64,000 nucleotides of DNA, from the NCBI GenBank assembly GCA_964357255.1, contig CAYHKQ010000002.1, positions 727 through 64,726 on the forward strand, written 5' to 3'. The stretch comes from an uncultured Elusimicrobia bacterium (GTDB lineage: Bacteria > Elusimicrobiota > Elusimicrobia > JACQPE01). A program made the translations under genes and the position numbers. Below, in pieces: positions 57,946 to 64,000 of the stretch (position 1 is the first letter of the stretch; every line of letters starts with the position of its first letter). A model generated the notes under the pieces. It was not told where the DNA came from. It saw nothing but the letters and a program-made list of their open reading frames with translations, and did no database searches.

Positions 57946-58116
57946 CTAGTAGCTTTTCGCCTCCTCGACCAGCATCATAGGAATGTCGTCTTTGATGGGA
58001 TAACGCAGACGATCTTGACTGCAATCAAGCCACTCCCGAGCCCCCTCCTGGACGCACACGAGCGGCCCCTTGCATTTCGGGCAGGCTAAGATGGCGAGCA
58101 ATTCTTCTTTGATCAT
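57946..58116 (-). CDS. Trm112-like small protein (56 aa; below the ORF-track size cut-off)
   Basis: The translation is MIKEELLAILACPKCKGPLVCVQEGAREWLDCSQDRLRYPIKDDIPMMLVEEAKSY, matching the Trm112/YcaR pattern (ILACPxCKGPL...YPIxDxIPxxL). Confidence 0.55.
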   Translation of the reverse strand: MIKEELLAILACPKCKGPLVCVQEGAREWLDCSQDRLRYPIKDDIPMMLVEEAKSY

Positions 58117-58163
58117 CGTTCAATGCTCCTTAAAATGTATTTTTAACAACTCTCGCGCTATTT

Positions 58164-58397
58164 TTAACGATTGAGCCAGGCAATAGCCAAAATAATCACG
58201 CCCAGTAAAATCAGCACACTGCCAATGCGATGGCGATTTAAACTGATGTAAGCATCGTTAAAAATAAAATCCTTGAGAATAGAATGGAACTCCATGATTT
58301 TTTTTGGCTTCGAAATATATAAAAACCCCACCCATAAAAAAATCCCGGCAAAAATGACTAGTAGCAAGCGGGCCAACATAACATTTGGCAAAGGCAA
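58164..58397 (-). CDS. Small hypothetical membrane protein
   Basis: It has two hydrophobic helices. The region is A/T-rich. Confidence 0.3.
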   Translation of the reverse strand: MPLPNVMLARLLLVIFAGIFLWVGFLYISKPKKIMEFHSILKDFIFNDAYISLNRHRIGSVLILLGVIILAIAWLNR

Positions 58398-58434
58398 TTA
58401 TTGCGCTTTAATAATTACCCTTGCCAAATGTATT

Positions 58435-59877
58435 CTAATTTTTTCTTTGAACTAAAGCTAAGGCGATCTTTGTTAAAACGCCGCTAAAACCTTCGTCCCT
58501 GCGCCGAAGCGCGGGGCCGGCCATGCGCTCGATCCGCGCTACAAGTGGTCCGAGCCTGGTTTTTGTTTTGAGCTGTCCGAGCCTGCCGGATTGAGCGACG
58601 GCCCGGGCGCCGGCCAAGGCCTCGGCCGCCATAATATGGGCGCTATTGCGCACAACGGCCTTGAGCTTTAAGGCCGCTCCCATAGACATGGGAACCACGT
58701 CTTCCTGACCGGCGCTTGAAGGAACGGAGTCAAGGCTCGCCGGTTGGGCCAATCGCCGGTTTTCCGCGACCAAGGCTCCCTGGGCCGTTTGTAGCATCAT
58801 TAATCCTGAACTGCGAGGAACGGCCGGCAACATGGGAGCTAAGCCACTCTTTCCGGCCAACAGATGTTCCATCCGCCGCTCGCCGGCCATGCCGACGAGA
58901 TGTAGCGCCCATGCGGCCTCATCCGCGGCCAGGGCCACGCTGATGCCGTGAAAATTAGCGCCGTGCAAGACGGCTGGAACTCGCCCCAAAATCAACGCGG
59001 GATTGTCCGTTGCGGAATCCGCCTCATCCTCCAAAAGTTTCTTAGCCGACCCCATTAAATGGCGGGAGGCGCCAAAAAGCCCGGGCGCGGCCCGAAGCGA
59101 GTACGGATCCTGAGGCAAACCACCCTGGGCATAACGGCCGAGCCAATGGGTCAAATCCTTCGCGCAAGCAATGCCCTCAGAATGCTTTTTGCATCCCACA
59201 AGCCTCGCGTCCCAAGCCTCGGTCTTTCCTTTCATGGCAAACAGCGTTAAGGCGCAAATTTGCTCGGCCGAACCGAGCAATGCCTCGGCTTCGTCAAAGG
59301 CCAATAAGGCCACGCCCAATGACGCCTGCGTGCCGTTGACCAAAGCAAGCCCATCGCGGGGTCCCAGTCGCCCCTGGGGGACGCGCCGCAAAACATCGAG
59401 CGCCGCATGAGCCAAAGGAATCAAATCTCCGCACGCTCCGACCGAACCCTGGCTTGGGATAATCGGTAGCCTGGAGCTATTGAGCGTATTGACATAAGCC
59501 TCGAATGTCCCCTTGCTCACGCCGGAGCCGCCTCGAGCGAGTTCGCGCGCGCGCAAATACATCATCCCGCGCACCTCGTCCGACGCAAGAGCCGGCCCAA
59601 CCCCACAGGCGTGGCTCGCCACTAAACAGCGCTGATGATCTTCAAATTCCGAAGGGCCAAGGCCCTGGCCCTGGAGCCCGCCAAAACCAGTGTGAACGCC
59701 ATAGACATCGGCGCCCTTGCGGCGTAACAAAAGGTTAAGAACCTCGAAGCCCTTGCGAACCCTGGCCAATGCCCGGGACGAGGACACAACCCTTGCCCGG
59801 CCTCGAGCAACGGCAAAAAAATCACTCCAGGAAAATTGTCCGGAGGATTCGATGAGGATAATTTTAGAGGCCTGCAA
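58435..59877 (-). CDS. Histidine/aromatic ammonia-lyase family protein with an Ala-Cys-Gly triad
   Basis: HAL motifs are VNGTQ, QDPYSLR, SATDNP and NFHG. The MIO position reads GSVGACGDL instead of the usual GxVGASGDL. Confidence 0.75.
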   Translation of the reverse strand: MQASKIILIESSGQFSWSDFFAVARGRARVVSSSRALARVRKGFEVLNLLLRRKGADVYGVHTGFGGLQGQGLGPSEFEDHQRCLVASHACGVGPALASDEVRGMMYLRARELARGGSGVSKGTFEAYVNTLNSSRLPIIPSQGSVGACGDLIPLAHAALDVLRRVPQGRLGPRDGLALVNGTQASLGVALLAFDEAEALLGSAEQICALTLFAMKGKTEAWDARLVGCKKHSEGIACAKDLTHWLGRYAQGGLPQDPYSLRAAPGLFGASRHLMGSAKKLLEDEADSATDNPALILGRVPAVLHGANFHGISVALAADEAAWALHLVGMAGERRMEHLLAGKSGLAPMLPAVPRSSGLMMLQTAQGALVAENRRLAQPASLDSVPSSAGQEDVVPMSMGAALKLKAVVRNSAHIMAAEALAGARAVAQSGRLGQLKTKTRLGPLVARIERMAGPALRRRDEGFSGVLTKIALALVQRKN

Positions 59878-60478
59878 TCTTCAACAACTCGTTGAGACGG
59901 ACTATGCCTTCACGTTGACGCAACTGCGCCGTCATCCGCTCAAAAACATCTCTCAGAAGCAACACGTCGGTCATGGCGCGGTGCAGGCGCGCGCCGGGCT
60001 CGGGAGCCTCTAGGCGGGGAACTGAAAGGCCCAGGGAATGCGCCACCTCGACTAAAGCGCAAGATCGCAAGGAAAATTTGCGCTTCGCCAGCCTGACGGT
60101 ATCAAGAGCCGCAACATTAAGAGGGATCATGCCAAGGCGCCGGAACTCCTCGGAGAGAAAATTCAGGTCAAAGGATACATTATGCCCCACCACCGCGGCC
60201 GAGCCGAGTCCCTCTAAAATTTCAGGGACAATCTCGATAAAACGAGGCTTACCCTCGAGCATTTCAGCGCTGATGCCGTTGACAAAATAGGCTCCCAAGG
60301 AAATCCCTCTCTCGGGATTAATCAAGGTCTCAAAACTTTTTATCACCTTTCCCTTTTCGACTCGCAACAACGCGATCTCGCAAATCCGGTCGCCATGGAA
60401 AGGATCCAAGCCCGTTGTTTCACAATCAAAAAAACATAAAGGCGCTTCCTCAATATAAATGTCGCTTAAAACTTTCAT
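59864..60478 (-). CDS. DnaQ-like 3'-5' exonuclease domain protein
   Basis: The DEDDh motifs are FFDCETTGL, VGHNVSFD and HRAMTD. Confidence 0.7.
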   Translation of the reverse strand: MKVLSDIYIEEAPLCFFDCETTGLDPFHGDRICEIALLRVEKGKVIKSFETLINPERGISLGAYFVNGISAEMLEGKPRFIEIVPEILEGLGSAAVVGHNVSFDLNFLSEEFRRLGMIPLNVAALDTVRLAKRKFSLRSCALVEVAHSLGLSVPRLEAPEPGARLHRAMTDVLLLRDVFERMTAQLRQREGIVRLNELLKIAGL

Positions 60479-60527
60479 AAGCTTATATTCTTTCTTCGAG
60501 TATACCGAACTCCGGAAGGGAAAGCCA

Positions 60528-61226
60528 TTAAGCCCCGCTACGGACGCTGATTCGATTCTTAAGAAGCACCCACAAGGCCGCTAGTCCGTCGCGCCACTTA
60601 ATTTTTTTGCCCTCTTTTATACTACGCGGATGGTAGGAAATAGGGACCTCGATAATTCGATGGCCCCCAAGCGCCGCCTTGGCCGTCACCTCCGGACAAA
60701 ACTCAAAACCCCGGCATTCCAAATTCATGCCCCGAAGAACTTCCGTTTTGAAAACCTTGTATCCGGTCGGCTCGTCCGTAATCGCCGTGCCGTAGAGCCA
60801 ATTGGTCACAAAACTCAACAAACGTCCGCCCAAATAATACGACCAGCCGGCCTTGGGATTATTGCGTCCCAGAATTCGCGAGCCGTAGACCACCTTGGTC
60901 CGGCCGGATAAAATCGGCTCAAGCAACCTAGAATATTCGGCCGGATCATACTCCAAATCAGCGTCCTGGATAATCACCACCTCGCCCCTCGCCTTTGCAA
61001 GCGCCGCGCGAATGGCCGCGCCCTTGCCCTGATTGACCTGATGGCGCAGTAAAACAACGCGCGGTTCGCCGAGAGCCTCAACGGCCTCCTGCGTCGCGTC
61101 GCTGGAGCCGTCGTTCACGACCAAAATCTCCATGTCCAAAGCGGGGTTCGCGTCCGTGACCCGACGGATCGTTTTGGCAATCGTGGCCGCCTCGTTATAA
61201 ACGGGAATAATGACGGAAATTTTCAT
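60528..61226 (-). CDS. GT2 glycosyltransferase (Dpm1/ArnC-like)
   Basis: It has ISVIIPVYNEA and ILVVNDGSSD. The start was chosen at MKIS, which overlaps the upstream stop (ATGA). Confidence 0.75.
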   Translation of the reverse strand: MKISVIIPVYNEAATIAKTIRRVTDANPALDMEILVVNDGSSDATQEAVEALGEPRVVLLRHQVNQGKGAAIRAALAKARGEVVIIQDADLEYDPAEYSRLLEPILSGRTKVVYGSRILGRNNPKAGWSYYLGGRLLSFVTNWLYGTAITDEPTGYKVFKTEVLRGMNLECRGFEFCPEVTAKAALGGHRIIEVPISYHPRSIKEGKKIKWRDGLAALWVLLKNRISVRSGA

Positions 61227-62449
61227 CCGGCCCTCTTGGACCAATAAGCGCTCAAACGCGAAAACGCCGCGGCCGCATAGATAGCCAAAATCGGATGAAG
61301 CGGGACGCGATAGCGAATTTGAACCCAAAACATAATATGAATCAAGGTGAAATAAATCAAAAATCCATTCAACAACAGCCATTGAACATCAGCCGCCACC
61401 CAGCGAAGCGACACGGCCGCTAACAGCGCCAGCGGGGCAAAATAAACAACGCTAAGAAACCGCTGGGAGCGCGAGTAGGGATAATAAGGATAAAATCTCC
61501 AGAACTTGATCAGCTTTCTTAGAGAAAGTTTCGCAAAAGCGACGGGATCACGGCGGACATGATCCTTGGATTTTTTCCAAAAATAACGGTCCATCTCCAT
61601 GACGCCTATTCCCGCGGCTTCAATCGCCTCGCGCTCACGAGCCATGGCTTGTTGCCAACGGTCTATATCTTCCTTGGTCTGAAAGTTTGGATTAAGTCCC
61701 TCCCAAAACGTCCAGCCTCCATGGGCGGTCGTGAATACCCATTGGCCTGTGACCATTTTATTACGCCAAGCCCACGGCGTCGTCAAGGCTAAAAATCCGG
61801 CCAAAAGTCCGGCGGACAGGACGGCCGCCCTTCGGCCGCCGACAATAAAAAAATATACGCCCGGGACCACCCAAACAAACATAAAAACCGACGGACGACA
61901 TAAAGCGGCCAGGGCCCACAGGCATCCCGCAACAATGGCTTTGACGGGGAACCGGCGTCGCTCCTCTAGACTGGCCTGCGTCAGCCATAGCGATGCCAGC
62001 GCCAAAAGGATGAAAAAAACCTCGGTCACCTGCTTGTTCGTATAAAAAATCTGGAAAGGGTCCAGGGCGGTCATGAACGCGGCGGCCATGGCCCATCGTT
62101 GATCCAAAAATTTTAGCCCCAACAAATAGACCACCACGCCGCAAAACGCGCCCAGGAACGCTTGAACGACGCCGACGGCCAACGGGGAAACGCCGGCCAC
62201 GGCGTACACCGCGGCCAATAGCAAGGGATAGGACGGAGGACGGTAGAGAGTGGGCCGGCCGCCGAGTGAATAGCCTTGAGCGCTCAAAAGGCTTTGGGCG
62301 ATGCCGGAATAACTTCCCTCGTCGCCCACCGGCGAGCCCGGGGCAAACACGAGAAGATACCCCAGGCGCAGACCAAGCCCGCAAAGAAAAACCGGCACGG
62401 CCGGACTGCGCAAAATTCTTCGCATGAATTCTACCGTTCGGAGCGACAC
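61223..62449 (-). CDS. GT-C membrane glycosyltransferase (GT39/ArnT-like)
   Basis: It is polytopic, with an N-terminal periplasmic-loop region (PVGDEGSYSGIAQSLL) like PMT_2/ArnT. Confidence 0.5.
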   Translation of the reverse strand: MSLRTVEFMRRILRSPAVPVFLCGLGLRLGYLLVFAPGSPVGDEGSYSGIAQSLLSAQGYSLGGRPTLYRPPSYPLLLAAVYAVAGVSPLAVGVVQAFLGAFCGVVVYLLGLKFLDQRWAMAAAFMTALDPFQIFYTNKQVTEVFFILLALASLWLTQASLEERRRFPVKAIVAGCLWALAALCRPSVFMFVWVVPGVYFFIVGGRRAAVLSAGLLAGFLALTTPWAWRNKMVTGQWVFTTAHGGWTFWEGLNPNFQTKEDIDRWQQAMAREREAIEAAGIGVMEMDRYFWKKSKDHVRRDPVAFAKLSLRKLIKFWRFYPYYPYSRSQRFLSVVYFAPLALLAAVSLRWVAADVQWLLLNGFLIYFTLIHIMFWVQIRYRVPLHPILAIYAAAAFSRLSAYWSKRAG

Positions 62450-62543
62450 GGAGTTTATTCTATGAAAGCAAAAGCCCCGTCCGCTTGCGCGGACGGGGCT
62501 TGAAAGGTCAGACTTGGAAATGACTCTAAGCCTGAAGTCCTGT

Positions 62544-64000
62544 TTAGTACATCTCGCCTGGATGGCCGCCCGGAGCGGAAAGCTTCTCTTTCTTCTCCGG
62601 AATATCAGTCACCATGCACTCGGTCGTCAGCAGGAGGCCGGCGATCGAGGAAGCGTTCTGAAGCGCTACGAGTTGGACCTTGGTCGGATCCACAATGCCG
62701 GCTTTAACGAGATCAACGTACTCGTTGGTCACCGCATTTAGACCCCAGTTGGCGTCAAGAGGCAGAACCCTCTCAATGGCCACGGAGCCATCGATGCCGG
62801 AGTTCTCCGCGATTTGCCGCAATGGCTCCTCGCAGGCCCGTTTGACGATGTTGATGCCGATCTGTTCGTCAGCGTTGCTCCCTTTGAGCGTCTCCAGGAT
62901 TCTGGAAGCTCTGAGCAGGGTCACGCCGCCGCCCGGCACAATACCGTCTTCGACCGCCGCGCGGGTCGCGTTTTTTGCGTCCTCAACCTTAAGTTTTCGA
63001 GATTTCATCTCGCTCTCGGTCGCTGCGCCAACGCTGACCACAGCCACGCCGCCGGAAATTTTCGCGAGCCGCTCTTCGAGCTTTTCGCGATCATAATCCG
63101 ATGTCGTGTCTTTAATCTGACGGCGGATTTGCTCGGCACGCTTGCCGATCTCGGCCTTCGGGCCGGCGCCGCCGACCACGGTGGTGTTCTCTTTATCGAG
63201 AACCACGCGCTTGGCGCGTCCCAACATGTCTATCGTGGCGTTCTCGAGTTTGAACCCGAGCTCTTCGGAGATGACTTTACCATCTGTTAAAACGGCAAGG
63301 TCTTGAAGCATCTCCTTGCGCCGATCACCGAATCCGGGGGCTTTTACCGCGGCGCACTTTAGCGTGCCACGCAGTTTGTTGACGACCAGGGTCGCCAATG
63401 CCTCGCCCTCGACGTCCTCAGCGATCAAGACGAAGGGTTTGCCGGTCTGCACGATTTTTTCTAAAGTCGGCAGAAGGTCATTCATCGCGGAAACTTTTTT
63501 GTCCGTGATGATAATGTAGGGGTCATCAAGGACCGTTTCCATCCGCTCGGAGTCAGTCACAAAATAAGGACTCACCCATCCGCGGTCGAACTGCATTCCT
63601 TCCACGACCTCCAGGGTCGTTTCAGCGGATTTGCCTTCCTCGACGGTAATGACGCCCTCGTGGCCGACTTTTTCCATGGCCTCGGCGATCAGACTGCCGA
63701 TCTCCTTATCGTTGGCGGAGATGGTGGCAACCTGAGCCTTCTCTTCCTTTGTTTTAACGGGCTTGGCCATGCGGCGGATTTCCTTGGCCACCGCTTCCGT
63801 CGCCTTCTCGATACCTGCGCGAATGAATATCGGATTGGCTCCGGCCGTCACGTTCTTCAAGCTCTCATTGGTGATCAACTGGGCCAGAACGGTAGCCGTG
63901 CTGGTGCCGTCGCCGGCGACGTCGTTGGTTTTAGTGGCCACTTCACGAAGAAGCTGGGCCCCCATATTCTCCATCGGGTCTTCCAGTTCGATTTCCTTGG
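62544..64000 (-). CDS. groEL: Chaperonin GroEL (60 kDa), partial; the N-terminus lies beyond the window end
   Basis: It has [19 protein letters not shown] and AAVEEGIVPGGG. The ORF is still open at the window edge. Confidence 0.9.
   Translation of the reverse strand, partial: KEIELEDPMENMGAQLLREVATKTNDVAGDGTSTATVLAQLITNESLKNVTAGANPIFIRAGIEKATEAVAKEIRRMAKPVKTKEEKAQVATISANDKEIGSLIAEAMEKVGHEGVITVEEGKSAETTLEVVEGMQFDRGWVSPYFVTDSERMETVLDDPYIIITDKKVSAMNDLLPTLEKIVQTGKPFVLIAEDVEGEALATLVVNKLRGTLKCAAVKAPGFGDRRKEMLQDLAVLTDGKVISEELGFKLENATIDMLGRAKRVVLDKENTTVVGGAGPKAEIGKRAEQIRRQIKDTTSDYDREKLEERLAKISGGVAVVSVGAATESEMKSRKLKVEDAKNATRAAVEDGIVPGGGVTLLRASRILETLKGSNADEQIGINIVKRACEEPLRQIAENSGIDGSVAIERVLPLDANWGLNAVTNEYVDLVKAGIVDPTKVQLVALQNASSIAGLLLTTECMVTDIPEKKEKLSAPGGHPGEMY

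Noticed and set aside
61268-61275. A GCGGCCGC (NotI) site, noted as a test of whether the putative NotI-like endonuclease's target is avoided.
   Set aside because: One site in 64 kb of 58% GC DNA is not informative. The endonuclease family assignment is tentative and its specificity unknown, so I drew no inference.
1-64000. CRISPR arrays, integrases, transposases and IS elements.
   Set aside because: No regularly spaced direct-repeat arrays, no DDE/tyrosine/serine recombinase motifs and no terminal inverted repeats of IS type were seen. The only repeat structures are the palindrome at 21.6 kb, the iteron-like repeats at 44.4 kb and the paralogous HTH modules.

Overview
This is a 64-kb window of about 58% GC bacterial chromosome. 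The thiolase/DUF35 β-oxidation-type cluster and the Tat-exported molybdoenzyme suggest an anaerobic, Desulfobacterota-like organism. It contains ordinary housekeeping DNA punctuated by two defense islands, each ending beside a tRNA or tRNA remnant.

**Island 1 (1 to about 16.8 kb).** A tightly packed + strand operon encodes:
- a 5'-truncated SNF2 helicase with a C-terminal DUF3883 module
- an AlbA_2/Schlafen-like protein
- a ParA ATPase
- a DUF1156 DNA methyltransferase
- a DUF499 (BrxC-like) ATPase

The DUF499/DUF1156/helicase triad is a previously predicted defense module. What looks undescribed is what is embedded in it. AlbA_2 and ParA sit inside the operon with ATGA overlaps. A clearly lower-GC, translationally coupled three-gene cassette (HEPN, then a ParA-like protein with a degenerate KGGVGRT Walker A, then a P-loop NTPase) is inserted between the methylase and the DUF499 ATPase. 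The island ends with a convergent YhcG-type PD-(D/E)xK nuclease, a 530-bp ORF-free stretch and a 5' tRNA-Tyr-like fragment.

**Housekeeping and metabolism (16.9 to 40.3 kb).**
- Aldehyde dehydrogenase, class III aminotransferase, RRM protein and DEAD-box helicase.
- An acyl-CoA ligase, two thiolase/DUF35 pairs and an ACAD cluster under a cNMP-binding protein.
- A NicO transporter.
- A Tat-exported molybdopterin oxidoreductase (A and B subunits) with a porin and a LysR regulator, but no membrane anchor subunit.
- A complete panB-panE-panC-coaX-coaBC operon.

**Island 2 (40.3 to 50.1 kb, abutting the 3' end of tRNA-Gln).**
- A C-terminally truncated C5-methyltransferase fragment.
- Vsr.
- A Cys-rich restriction endonuclease (possibly NotI-like) with its C5-methyltransferase.
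- Two paralogous small HTH-protein modules with conserved structured leaders bracketing a 5-kb segment.
- An iteron-like repeat array and a ParB-HTH-like gene.
- A LexA/S24-type regulator driving a BglII-like R-M pair.
- A DGQHR (DndB-like) plus HEPN two-gene pair.

**Right end (50.1 to 64 kb).** This region carries a glycosylation-type cluster (two GT2 plus GT-C pairs and an AsnB-like amidotransferase), gltX, DUF1015, a Trm112-like ORF that the ORF track missed, and a histidine/aromatic ammonia-lyase homologue with an Ala-Cys-Gly triad at the position of the MIO-forming Ala-Ser-Gly triad. It also contains a DnaQ-like exonuclease and a 5'-partial groEL.

No CRISPR arrays, integrases or transposases were seen.
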